From NCBI GenBank assembly GCA_934229535.1, contig CAKQDS010000019.1:1-35636 (forward strand): a stretch of DNA of 35,636 nucleotides, read 5' to 3'. Below, one piece after another: positions 18,107 to 27,178 of the stretch. Both the position numbers and the translations under genes were made by a program. The DNA comes from an uncultured Anaeroplasmataceae bacterium. Its GTDB lineage: Bacteria > Bacillota_I > Bacilli_A > Acholeplasmatales > Anaeroplasmataceae. The notes under the pieces are model-generated. The model searched no databases, had not been told where the DNA came from, and saw only the letters and a list, made by a program, of their open reading frames with translations. Position 1 is the stretch's first letter, and each line of letters starts with the position of its first letter.

Positions 18107-18715
18107 ATGATAAATTGGTTTAATAATTTAGATGTTTTTTATCAAGTACTCTTTGTTTTAGGCTGCGTATCAACTGTAGTTATGTTTATCCAATTAATAA
18201 TGCTTATTGTTGGTATTGAGGGAGCCGATTCGAGCTTTGATGGAATTGATGATGGCGGTATTGACGATATTGCAAATGATGGGGGAATTTTAGATATTTT
18301 TGGTCTTAGAGTTTTAACTATAAGAAATCTATTTATTTTTCTAGCAATGTTTAGTTGGGTAGCATTATTATTAAATGAATGGACAAATAGCTATGCAATT
18401 TCAATAATAGTTGGTTTATTAGTAGCAATTGTCATCGTTTTAATTGTTTCATTTGTAATGAAGCAGGCCTTAAAGCTTCAGGATGAGGGAAATGTCAAAA
18501 TTGAAAATGCAATTGGGAAAAAAGGAACATGCTATTTAACAATTCCCTCAAATAAACAAGGAATGGGTAAGGTTAACGTATTAGTACAGGATCGTTTATT
18601 TGAATTTGATGCCTATACTGATGACCAAGAGTCTATTCCTACAGGTTGTGAAATTGTTGTAGTAGATAGCTTAACAAATGCATTAATTGTAAGAAAGGTT
18701 AATAATGGTGAGTAA
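18107..18715 (+). CDS. NfeD-like membrane protein (flotillin-associated, YuaF-like)
   Basis: TM segments followed by a C-terminal OB-fold-like beta region. Lies immediately upstream of, and overlapping, the flotillin gene as in the yuaF-floT arrangement. Start chosen at ATG 18107 (MINWF...). Confidence 0.65.
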   Translation: MINWFNNLDVFYQVLFVLGCVSTVVMFIQLIMLIVGIEGADSSFDGIDDGGIDDIANDGGILDIFGLRVLTIRNLFIFLAMFSWVALLLNEWTNSYAISIIVGLLVAIVIVLIVSFVMKQALKLQDEGNVKIENAIGKKGTCYLTIPSNKQGMGKVNVLVQDRLFEFDAYTDDQESIPTGCEIVVVDSLTNALIVRKVNNGE

Positions 18716-18716
18716 A

Positions 18717-20105
18717 ATGATTTTAAGTGCAATTGGCGGCATTATTGCTGCGTTGGTAATAACATTTGTTATTATTGTTTTTTCTATCTTGCTTTTGTTT
18801 GTAGCAAGATATCGTAAGTGTCCTAGTGACAAAATTATGGTTATTTATGGTAAGTTAAGAAAAGCTGGAGATGGTATGAATCGTAGTTCTAAATGTATTC
18901 ATGGTGGAGCTGCATTTGTTTGGCCATTTATTCAAGCATATGAATTTTTGGATTTAACGCCTATTAGCATAAGTGTTGATTTAAAAAATGCCTTGTCAAG
19001 ACAGAATATTCGTATTGATGTGCCTTCAAGATTTACAGTTGGTATTTCTACAGAAATAGGTGTTATGCAAAATGCTGCAGAGCGTTTACTTGGTTTAAAG
19101 CTTCCAGAAATTCAAGAATTGGCTAAGGATATTATTTTTGGTCAATTACGTTTAGTTGTAGCGACAATGGATATTGAGGAAATTAATACTGACCGTGATA
19201 AATTCTTAGAGGCTGTTAGTAGAAACGTTGAAACAGAACTTAAAAAAATTGGTTTAAGACTAATTAACGTAAACGTAACTGATATTTCTGATGAATCTGG
19301 ATATATTGATGCTCTTGGTAAGGAAGCTGCAGCTAAGGCTATTAATGATGCTAAGAAAAATGTTGCTGAGAGAAATAGAGATGGTTCTATTGGTGAGGCT
19401 AACGCAAATATGGATGAGAGAGTCCAGGTTGCTGAGGCTAATTCTAGTGCTATAGCTGGTGAAAATGAGGCTAAGATGAAGATTGCTGCTTCAAATGCTA
19501 CTCTTCGTGAGGGTGAAGCAGAAGCATTAAGAAGAGCAACTGCTGCTGAAAAGATTGCCGAGGCTAAGGCTTTAGAGGAAGCATATAGTGCCCAGATGGC
19601 TGCTGAAAAGGCTCGTGCTGAAAGAGAACAAGCAACACTAGAGGCAGATGTAATTGTTAAGAGTGAAATTGAAAAACGTAGAATTGAGATTGAAGCAGAA
19701 GCAAATGCTGAAAAAATTCGTCGTACGGCTAAGGGTGAGGCTGATGCCATTTTTATGAAAATGGAAGCAGAGGCTCGTGGTATTCAAGAAAAACTAATGC
19801 GCCAGGCTGAAGGATATGCAAAGATTGTTGCTGCAGCTGGTGGTAATGCAGTTGATGCTTCAAAGCTTATGATTACTGATAAGATGGAAGATTTAGTTAG
19901 TAAGCAGGTTGAAGCTGTTAAGAATATCAAATTTGATAAGATTACTGTTTGGGATAATGGTGGCAGTGAGGCAGGCTCACAAACTGCAAATTTTGCTCAA
20001 AATATAATTAAATCTGTTCCGCCAATTAAAGATTTATATGATATGGCTGGCTTAGATATTCCTTCATATTTAGGAAAAGAGAAGAAAGAAGAGCCAAAAA
20101 AGTAA
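18717..20105 (+). CDS. floT: Flotillin (SPFH/band-7 family, FloT/YuaG-like)
   Basis: N-terminal TM, SPFH domain, and long Ala/Glu-rich EA-repeat region (AEAKALEEAY...). The alternative start ATG 18705 overlaps the NfeD gene. Confidence 0.85.
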   Translation: MILSAIGGIIAALVITFVIIVFSILLLFVARYRKCPSDKIMVIYGKLRKAGDGMNRSSKCIHGGAAFVWPFIQAYEFLDLTPISISVDLKNALSRQNIRIDVPSRFTVGISTEIGVMQNAAERLLGLKLPEIQELAKDIIFGQLRLVVATMDIEEINTDRDKFLEAVSRNVETELKKIGLRLINVNVTDISDESGYIDALGKEAAAKAINDAKKNVAERNRDGSIGEANANMDERVQVAEANSSAIAGENEAKMKIAASNATLREGEAEALRRATAAEKIAEAKALEEAYSAQMAAEKARAEREQATLEADVIVKSEIEKRRIEIEAEANAEKIRRTAKGEADAIFMKMEAEARGIQEKLMRQAEGYAKIVAAAGGNAVDASKLMITDKMEDLVSKQVEAVKNIKFDKITVWDNGGSEAGSQTANFAQNIIKSVPPIKDLYDMAGLDIPSYLGKEKKEEPKK

Positions 20106-20173
20106 GATAATTCTTGATTTTGTTCGTTATTTTTGCTATAACATAATAGTAACGATTTGGAGTGAATAAAAAA

Positions 20174-20875
20174 ATGAAAAAAAGATATATATTTTTATTA
20201 GCATTTGTAGCTATGATTACACTTGCTGGTTGTAAGAAGGATAGTAAGTTTTCTGTTGATGAAATTGGTACTAATATTGATCTTGCTGACACTTGGATGA
20301 AGCAAGTAAGCTATAGCGATACTGCAATTAACGAATTTGATGAAAAGAAGGATCATTATGTTGTCTATATTCCTACAGACATTACATCAAGCTTAAAAGT
20401 AAATGTACTTGATGTAGAGAGCAGTATTACTGATAGATTCCATTCTTTCCATATTCCATATGCAACTGCTACAACCTTTACAGTTTCTGCAGCTAATTCA
20501 TTAATTGGAATCTATACAAATTATTTTAAGGATGATAATAAGTTAGATTTAGGCTTTGAGGCAACTATTCCTACTAAATGGAGTCAAACAGTTAATTTAG
20601 GTGATTGTAAGGAACAAAAGGAAGGAATGGTTAGAACTCTATATACTGTTTATATGCCTACCTACGTTGAGCATTATGGTGTATATAGTAAGGAAGTTAA
20701 GTGTGATATTAAATCATATGTTTTAATTCCAGTAGCTTATGGACTTACATATTCAAATACTAATGATTTAAAGCAAAATTTAGAAGGCGTTTCAAATGGT
20801 ATTAAATCATTAGAATCAGTTACATTATATGCAAATAACGGCATTCTAGTAAATCAACCTAAGGAGAATGAATAA
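20174..20875 (+). CDS. Lipoprotein of unknown function
   Basis: Signal peptide plus lipobox LAGC. No recognisable domain. The ORF-track start at 20162 is GTG; the ATG is at 20174. Confidence 0.6.
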   Translation: MKKRYIFLLAFVAMITLAGCKKDSKFSVDEIGTNIDLADTWMKQVSYSDTAINEFDEKKDHYVVYIPTDITSSLKVNVLDVESSITDRFHSFHIPYATATTFTVSAANSLIGIYTNYFKDDNKLDLGFEATIPTKWSQTVNLGDCKEQKEGMVRTLYTVYMPTYVEHYGVYSKEVKCDIKSYVLIPVAYGLTYSNTNDLKQNLEGVSNGIKSLESVTLYANNGILVNQPKENE

Positions 20876-20897
20876 TTTTCATTCTTCTTTTTTTTAG
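20863..20897 (+). terminator. Terminator after the lipoprotein gene
   Basis: Hairpin gaatgaa-taatttt-cattc followed by a T-run. Confidence 0.65.
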
Positions 20898-20899
20898 TA

Positions 20900-20928
20900 T
20901 TGCAATTACAATGAATGTGTGGTAAAAT
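20900..20928 (+). promoter_or_regulatory. rpsB promoter TTGCAA-N17-TGgTAAAAT (extended -10) with a ~115-nt leader
   Basis: Hexamers read directly. The leader contains an atypically GC-rich segment ggagctggccgtcgtgtgc. Confidence 0.55.
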
Positions 20929-21047
20929 ACTAAAGGCACAAAATAAACATGCTTTTGGAGCTGGCCGTCGTGTGCAAGTAAAATTGATGGAGGCAAGCGA
21001 TGAAGAAGGCAGAAGACATAACAAAAATAAAATGGAGGAATTTAAAA

Positions 21048-21893
21048 ATGTCTGAATCAGTAGTTTCTATGAAACAACTATTGGAGTCTGGTGTTCATTT
21101 CGGTCATGCAACACGTAGATGGAATCCAAAAATGGCGAAGTATATCTTTACTTCAAGAAATGGTATTTATATCATTGATTTACAAAAAACAGCAAATCAA
21201 ATTGAAAAGGCTTATGCTGCTTTATTAGAAATCGTTAAAAACGATGGTAAGGTTTTATTTGTTGGTACAAAGAAGCAAGCTCAAGATGCTGTAAAGGAAG
21301 AAGCTTTAAGAACAGGTCAATACTATGTTAACCAACGTTGGTTAGGTGGTACTTTAACTAACTTTAAGACTATTCGTAAACGTATTAAGAAGTTACAAGA
21401 TTTATATAAGATGGAAGAGGATGGAACTTTTGCAGCTTTACCTAAGAAGGAAGTTGTTAAATTAAAGGCTGAAAGAGATAAGCTTGAAAAGTTCTTAGGC
21501 GGAATCAAGGATATGAAGAAGGTTCCTGATGCATTATTTATCGTAGATCCTCGTAAGGAGCATAATGCTATTTTAGAGGCACGTATTTTAGGAATCCCTG
21601 TATTTGGTATCGTTGATACTAACTGTGATCCTGATGATGTTGACTATGTTATCCCTGCAAACGATGATGCTATTCGTGCAGTTAAGTTAGTTACATTCGT
21701 TATGGGTAATGCTATAATTGAGGCTCAAGGTGGCGTTGTTGAAAAGTTCGAAGAGCCTGAAGATGTAAATATGAATGAGGAAATTAGTAAGGAAGAAAAG
21801 GCTAATAAGCGTCCAGTAAATAAGGATGGCAAGAAGCCAATGAACAAGAGACCTGCTAAGAAGGCTGAAGCTACTGAAGCTAAGGCTGAATAA
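21048..21893 (+). CDS. rpsB: 30S ribosomal protein S2
   Basis: [29 protein letters not shown] aligns with the canonical S2 N-terminus. SD ggagg lies 9 nt upstream. An in-frame ATG at 21000 with its own SD could add 16 aa. Confidence 0.95.
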   Translation: MSESVVSMKQLLESGVHFGHATRRWNPKMAKYIFTSRNGIYIIDLQKTANQIEKAYAALLEIVKNDGKVLFVGTKKQAQDAVKEEALRTGQYYVNQRWLGGTLTNFKTIRKRIKKLQDLYKMEEDGTFAALPKKEVVKLKAERDKLEKFLGGIKDMKKVPDALFIVDPRKEHNAILEARILGIPVFGIVDTNCDPDDVDYVIPANDDAIRAVKLVTFVMGNAIIEAQGGVVEKFEEPEDVNMNEEISKEEKANKRPVNKDGKKPMNKRPAKKAEATEAKAE

Positions 21894-21913
21894 TCTTTTT
21901 GTGGAGGAAAACT

Positions 21914-22816
21914 ATGATTAATGCTCAATTAATTAAGCAATTACGTGATTTAACTCAAGCAGGAATGCTAGATTGTAAAAAAGCTTTAGAGGCTAATGAC
22001 GGCAATGTAGAAAAGGCTGTTGTTTGGTTACGTGAAAAGGGAATTGCAAAAGCTGAAAAGAAGGCAGCAAGTCGTGTTGCAGCTGAAGGCTTATGTTCAT
22101 ATGCAATTTCAGGTAACAAGGCTGTTTATTTTGAATTAAATTCAGAGACAGATTTCGTTGCTAAAAATGATAAATTTGTTAATTTAGTTAACAAGATTGG
22201 TGAAACTTTAGTTAATTCAAATGCTACAAATACTGAAGAAGCTTTAAATGTTAGTGTTGATGGTACTACATTAGCTAACGTTATTCTTCAAAATGCTGGT
22301 GTTATTGGTGAAAAGATTTCTCTTCGTCGTGTTGGTGTTTTAACTAAAAATGATGATGAGGTATTTGGTGCTTATAAGCATAATGGCGGTAATATTTTAA
22401 GCTTAGTAGTTTTAAAGGGTAATGATGAAGTTGTTGCTAAGGATGTAGCTATGCATGTTGCTGCTCAAGCTCCAACTTATGTTTCAAAGAAGGATATTCC
22501 AGCTGAAGCATTAGCTAAGGAAGAGGAAATCATTCTTCAAACTGCTTTAAATGAAAATAAGCAAGCTGCTAAACCAAAGCCAGAAAATATTATTAAGGAA
22601 AAAATTGTACCAGGACGTCTTGAAAAGGAATTAAAGGATATTTGTCTTTTAAGCCAACCATTTGTTAAGAATCCTGATCAAACCGTTGAGCAATATGTTG
22701 CTGCAAACAAGTCAAGTGTTGTTACTTTCGTTCGTCTACGCGTTGGTGAAGGAATTGAAAAGGAAACAGTTGATTTTGCTGCAGAGGTAGCTGCTCAAGC
22801 TGGATTAAATAAGTAA
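21914..22816 (+). CDS. tsf: Elongation factor Ts
   Basis: MINAQLIKQLRDLTQAGMLDCKKALE is the EF-Ts N-terminal UBA-like domain. SD ggagga. Confidence 0.95.
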   Translation: MINAQLIKQLRDLTQAGMLDCKKALEANDGNVEKAVVWLREKGIAKAEKKAASRVAAEGLCSYAISGNKAVYFELNSETDFVAKNDKFVNLVNKIGETLVNSNATNTEEALNVSVDGTTLANVILQNAGVIGEKISLRRVGVLTKNDDEVFGAYKHNGGNILSLVVLKGNDEVVAKDVAMHVAAQAPTYVSKKDIPAEALAKEEEIILQTALNENKQAAKPKPENIIKEKIVPGRLEKELKDICLLSQPFVKNPDQTVEQYVAANKSSVVTFVRLRVGEGIEKETVDFAAEVAAQAGLNK

Positions 22817-22870
22817 AAAATTAAGAGGAGCTTTGTGCCCCTCTTTTTTAAAGAAGGATGGAATATAGGT

Positions 22871-23575
22871 ATGTATAAACGAATTCTACTTAAGTTAAGT
22901 GGTGAAGCATTAAAGGGCGATACTCCATTTGGAATCGACCCTGCAACTGTAAAAAATGTTGCAAGACAAATTAAAGAGGTTGCGTTACTTGGTGTTCAAA
23001 TCGGTATAGTTTGTGGTGGCGGTAATATCTGGCGTGGTAAGACTGCATCTGAACTAGGTATGGAAAGAGCTCAAGCAGATTATATGGGAATGCTTGCAAC
23101 TGTTATGAATGCTCTTGCAATTCAGGAAGCCTTAGAAAGTCTAGGTGTTCAAACAAGAGTGCTTTCCGCTCTTGATATTCAACAGGTTGCAGAACCATAT
23201 ATTCGTCGTAGAGCAATCAGACATCTTGAAAAGGGTCGTGTATGTATATTTGCTGGTGGTATTGGTTCCCCATATTTTTCTACTGATACTGCTTGTGTAC
23301 TTAGAGCTACGGAAATTGGTGCGGATGTCATTTTAATGGCTAAAAATGGTACTGAAGGTGTATATGATAGTGATCCAAGAAAAAATAAGGATGCTAAGAT
23401 GTATACTGAACTTACATTCCAAGAGATTTTAAATAAGAATTTAGCAGTAATGGATTCAACAGCTGCTTCATTATGCAAGGACAACAATTTAGAGCTTATT
23501 GTCTTTAATATGAATAAGGATGGTAATATTTTAAAGGTTGTTAAAGGCGAAAAAATAGGAACTAATGTTCGATAA
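22871..23575 (+). CDS. pyrH: UMP kinase
   Basis: [22 protein letters not shown] and [15 protein letters not shown] motifs. Confidence 0.95.
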   Translation: MYKRILLKLSGEALKGDTPFGIDPATVKNVARQIKEVALLGVQIGIVCGGGNIWRGKTASELGMERAQADYMGMLATVMNALAIQEALESLGVQTRVLSALDIQQVAEPYIRRRAIRHLEKGRVCIFAGGIGSPYFSTDTACVLRATEIGADVILMAKNGTEGVYDSDPRKNKDAKMYTELTFQEILNKNLAVMDSTAASLCKDNNLELIVFNMNKDGNILKVVKGEKIGTNVR

Positions 23576-23592
23576 AAAAAGGAGAAAGAATT

Positions 23593-24138
23593 ATGCCTGA
23601 TATGATTTTATTAGAAACTGAAGAAAAGATGGACAAGGCTATTTCATCATTTGAATATGAATTAAATACAATTCGTACAGGTAGAGCTAATGCTAGCCTA
23701 CTTGATAGCATAAGCGTTGAATATTATGGAGCTATGACACCACTTCGACAGGTTGCTTCTATTTCAATACCTGAGCCTACTCAATTATATATTAAACCAT
23801 ATGATAAGAGTTTATTTAAGGCAATTGAAAATGCTATTGCTACATCATCAATTGGCATTAACCCTCAATCTGATGCTAATGGTATTAGATTAATATTACC
23901 AAAAATGACTGAGGATCGTCGTCGTGAGCTTGTTAAACAAGTTGGAAAGCTTGAAGAGCAAGCTAAGGTTATGGTAAGAAATGCTCGTCGTGATGGTAAT
24001 GAGGCAATTAAAAAGTTAGGATTACCTGAAGATGAGGAAAAAGGTTATTTGGATGAAATCCAAGAATTAACTGATAAAAAGGTTTCTTCAGTTGAACGTA
24101 TTGCTAAAGCTAAGAGTGACGATTTAATGTCATTTTAA
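23593..24138 (+). CDS. frr: Ribosome recycling factor
   Basis: 181 aa; ...IRTGRANASLLD...VEYYG... SD ggag. Confidence 0.95.
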   Translation: MPDMILLETEEKMDKAISSFEYELNTIRTGRANASLLDSISVEYYGAMTPLRQVASISIPEPTQLYIKPYDKSLFKAIENAIATSSIGINPQSDANGIRLILPKMTEDRRRELVKQVGKLEEQAKVMVRNARRDGNEAIKKLGLPEDEEKGYLDEIQELTDKKVSSVERIAKAKSDDLMSF

Positions 24139-24145
24139 TTGACAA

Positions 24146-24176
24146 GTCTATGAAATTTTCATAGACTTTTTATTTG
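24146..24176 (+). terminator. frr terminator
   Basis: Perfect hairpin agtctatgaa-atttt-catagact followed by a T-run. Confidence 0.85.
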
Positions 24177-24244
24177 AATGTAAAACATAATTTACTTTAT
24201 ACTAAAAATATTTATTTTTAATTCTTAAAAAGTGTTAGTTTACT

Positions 24245-24272
24245 TTGTTTTTATATTTTTTTGTGATATAAT
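24245..24272 (+). promoter_or_regulatory. uppS-operon promoter with extended -10 TGaTATAAT
   Basis: TTGTTT-N16-TGaTATAAT. Confidence 0.5.
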
Positions 24273-24315
24273 CAAAGGAAATGGGATTGTGTGATTTAAG
24301 GAAAGGACGTATTTT

Positions 24316-25053
24316 ATGAAAGTTACGGATTTAGATCCTTCTAGAATTCCAAATCATATTGCAATAATTCTTGATGGTAATGGTAGATGGGCTAAAAAAA
24401 GAGGATTGCCAAGAACCTATGGTCATAGGAAGGGCGCTTTTAACCTACGAGACATTGCTTTATTATGTGATAAGATAAATATTAAATATTTAACTGTATA
24501 TTGCTTTAGTACTGAAAATTGGAAAAGACCTAAGGATGAGGTTGCCTATTTATTTAATCAACCAATTAAATATTTTAAAAGATATAGAAAAAGAATTGAA
24601 AGCTCTAATATAAGAATAAAATTCATTGGAAGACGTGATCGCTTTAGTGAAGAATTTTTAAAATGGGTAAATATTATTGAAGAATCTACAAGTAATCATC
24701 AAGGCTTAGTTTTAACAATTGCGTGTGATTATGGTAGCTATGAAGAAATCACTCATGCGGTAAAAGAAATTGCTATAGATGTTAAAAATGGAAAAATTGA
24801 TCCAACTGCTATTGATGAAAATTTGATTGCTAAGCATTTATATACATCAGATTATTTACCACTTGATTTATTAATAAGAACTAGTGGTGAAATTAGAATA
24901 TCTAATTTTATGTTATGGCAAATGGCTTATTCGGAGCTTTATTTTACTGATACCTATTGGCCAGATTTTAATGAAGATGAATTATGTAAGGCATTAGATA
25001 ATTATGCTAAAAGAGATCGTAGATTTGGTGGCCTTAAGGAGGCAAAAAAATGA
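24316..25053 (+). CDS. uppS: Undecaprenyl-diphosphate synthase (ditrans,polycis)
   Basis: HIAIILDGNGRWAKKRGLPRTYGH and IRTSGEIRISNFMLWQMAYSELYF. Confidence 0.95.
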   Translation: MKVTDLDPSRIPNHIAIILDGNGRWAKKRGLPRTYGHRKGAFNLRDIALLCDKINIKYLTVYCFSTENWKRPKDEVAYLFNQPIKYFKRYRKRIESSNIRIKFIGRRDRFSEEFLKWVNIIEESTSNHQGLVLTIACDYGSYEEITHAVKEIAIDVKNGKIDPTAIDENLIAKHLYTSDYLPLDLLIRTSGEIRISNFMLWQMAYSELYFTDTYWPDFNEDELCKALDNYAKRDRRFGGLKEAKK

Positions 25054-26030
25054 AAAAACGTGTTATAATGGGAATCGTTATGGCGGCGATATTTATCCCT
25101 CTTTTAATTATTCCAGAATTATTTTTGTTATTTCAAATCTTAATAATGGCACTTTCTTTAGTCGCTTCTTATGAATTAATTAAAATGTATGAGCATGAAA
25201 AGAAGTATCCTATGCCTATAAAAATTATAATTATGATAACGACACTAGTTATATACCTATCGGCACTTGTTGAATGGGATCCTAATTGTACAGTTTCTGA
25301 AAAGCTTAAGCTTTTAAATATTAAGGTTGAGTTTTTGCCTATGCTAATAATTGATGCCTTAGTATTGTTTTCATGTTGTGTTTTTTGCCATGAATTTAAT
25401 GGTAATGATGTTGCAAAAGCATTATTAATAAATATTTATGCTGGCTTGGGATTTGCTTCCTTAACGATTTTACGCTATATTGGTGTAAGATACATAATAT
25501 ATTTATTCTTGATAACAATGCTTACAGATTGCTTCGCTTATTTTTGTGGTAGGGCATTTGGAAAGCATAAAATGTGTCCAACAATTTCTCCGAAAAAGAC
25601 CTGGGAGGGTAGCATTGGTGGAACAATAGTAGCTACAATTGTAGGTGTTTGCTTCGGCTTTTTTTATAGTCAAATATTTAGTGGTGGTATTTTTGGCGAT
25701 TCCCCAAATGGTTTTTTATCTGGATTGTTAAAAAATACTGCTGGTTTAAATAGAGTTGGTGAGTTCTTTTTAATTTTAGTAGTAACAATTTTAGCTTCTA
25801 TCTTCTCACAAATTGGTGATTTAGTTGCCTCAAGATTAAAAAGAACCTATGATATAAAGGATTATGGTAGAATTTTCCCTGGTCATGGTGGAGTTTTAGA
25901 TCGTTTTGATTCGGCTTTATTTACGGGAATTTTCTTGTTGAGTATTTTTACCATTTTAAATGATTTTTTGCCGGCATTGGCAAATTTTACTAACGAGCTT
26001 AATATATTTAAGATGATGGTGATTAGGTAA
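25050..26030 (+). CDS. cdsA: Phosphatidate cytidylyltransferase
   Basis: KKTWEGSIGG and C-terminal SQIGDLVASRLKRTYDIKDYGRIFPGHGGVLDRFDS. ATGA overlap with uppS. About 60 aa longer than the B. subtilis enzyme (N-terminal insertion). Confidence 0.9.
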   Translation: MKKRVIMGIVMAAIFIPLLIIPELFLLFQILIMALSLVASYELIKMYEHEKKYPMPIKIIIMITTLVIYLSALVEWDPNCTVSEKLKLLNIKVEFLPMLIIDALVLFSCCVFCHEFNGNDVAKALLINIYAGLGFASLTILRYIGVRYIIYLFLITMLTDCFAYFCGRAFGKHKMCPTISPKKTWEGSIGGTIVATIVGVCFGFFYSQIFSGGIFGDSPNGFLSGLLKNTAGLNRVGEFFLILVVTILASIFSQIGDLVASRLKRTYDIKDYGRIFPGHGGVLDRFDSALFTGIFLLSIFTILNDFLPALANFTNELNIFKMMVIR

Positions 26031-27178
26031 TGAAGAATCTATATATATTAGGGGCTGCTGGTTCGATTGGGAGTCAAACCTTGGATATTGTAAGAGAGAA
26101 CAAGGACTTGTTTAAGGTTTGTGGAATAAGTGTTGGAAGAGACTTAAAGCTTGCCCAAAAAATCATTGATGAATTTGAACCTAGTATAGTTTGCTTTAGG
26201 AATAAAGAGGATTTGGATAAAATAACAACTAAAGCTATTACTTGCTATGGTGATGAGGGCTTAAATTTAGTTGCAGCATATGGTGAGGCTAAAGATAGCT
26301 TACTTGTAAATGCTTTAGTTGGTGCAGTTGGGTTAATTCCAACTGTTTGTGCAATTAAGCACCAAAGAGATGTTGCGTTGGCTAATAAAGAAACACTGGT
26401 TATGGCTGGTGAGATTATTAATAAGCTTTTAAAGGAGTATAATGTTAAATTATATCCTATTGATAGTGAACATTCAGCAATTTGGCAATGCCTTCAAGGT
26501 GAAGACATTAATGATGTTGCTAAGCTTATTATTACGGCTAGTGGTGGATCATTTAGAGATAAAGGTCGTGATGAACTAGTAAATGTAACAGTTAATGAAG
26601 CATTATGTCATCCTAATTGGAAAATGGGCAAAAAAATAACAATTGATAGTGCTACTATGATGAATAAAGGATTTGAGGTTATTGAAGCCTATCATTTATT
26701 TCATTTACCTGTTGATAAAATTACAACTGTTTTACATCGTGAAAGTATTGTTCATTCTTTAGTAGAATTTAATGATGGAGCAATTAAAGCAGAGCTTGGC
26801 GAGTCAGATATGCGTGTACCAATTTTATATGCTTTAATGTATCCAAATCATAAGTATTATAGTGGTAAAAAACTAGATTTGTCACTTGGTCTTAAGCTAT
26901 CATTTGAGGAATTAAGTGAAGAACGATATCCTTGCTTAGGCTATGCCTATTTAGCTTTAAAAAAAGGCGGATTATATCCTACTGTTTTAAATGCTGCAAA
27001 TGAGGCTGCTATTTATTTGTTTTTAAATGATAGAATAAAGTTTTTAGATATTGAGAGAATAATATATGAAGAAATTAATCAAAATTATGATATGATTAAT
27101 CCCTCTTTAGATGATATTATTAAGGTTAATAGGTTAGTATTTTCTAAGATTACAAATAAATATGGAGGTATTAATTAA
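26030..27178 (+). CDS. dxr: 1-deoxy-D-xylulose-5-phosphate reductoisomerase
   Basis: LGAAGSIGSQTLDIV NADPH-binding N-terminus; 382 aa. 1-nt overlap with cdsA. Confidence 0.95.
   Translation: MKNLYILGAAGSIGSQTLDIVRENKDLFKVCGISVGRDLKLAQKIIDEFEPSIVCFRNKEDLDKITTKAITCYGDEGLNLVAAYGEAKDSLLVNALVGAVGLIPTVCAIKHQRDVALANKETLVMAGEIINKLLKEYNVKLYPIDSEHSAIWQCLQGEDINDVAKLIITASGGSFRDKGRDELVNVTVNEALCHPNWKMGKKITIDSATMMNKGFEVIEAYHLFHLPVDKITTVLHRESIVHSLVEFNDGAIKAELGESDMRVPILYALMYPNHKYYSGKKLDLSLGLKLSFEELSEERYPCLGYAYLALKKGGLYPTVLNAANEAAIYLFLNDRIKFLDIERIIYEEINQNYDMINPSLDDIIKVNRLVFSKITNKYGGIN

Noticed and set aside
19142-19750. 202-aa minus-strand ORF rich in Ala/Ser
   Set aside because: It is antisense to the Ala/Glu-repeat region of the flotillin gene. 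It is a low-complexity mirror ORF with no SD or start context and fully overlaps a well-supported CDS.
21000-21047. 16-aa N-terminal extension of RpsB from ATG 21000
   Set aside because: It has a plausible SD, but the S2 family N-terminus ([16 protein letters not shown]) aligns to ATG 21048. It is kept only as an alternative noted in the findings.
20026-23487. Small ORFs 20026-20292-, 21323-21508-, 21725-21928-, 23145-23336+, 23179-23487-
   Set aside because: They are embedded in or antisense to floT, rpsB and pyrH, which are highly conserved genes, and have no independent signals.
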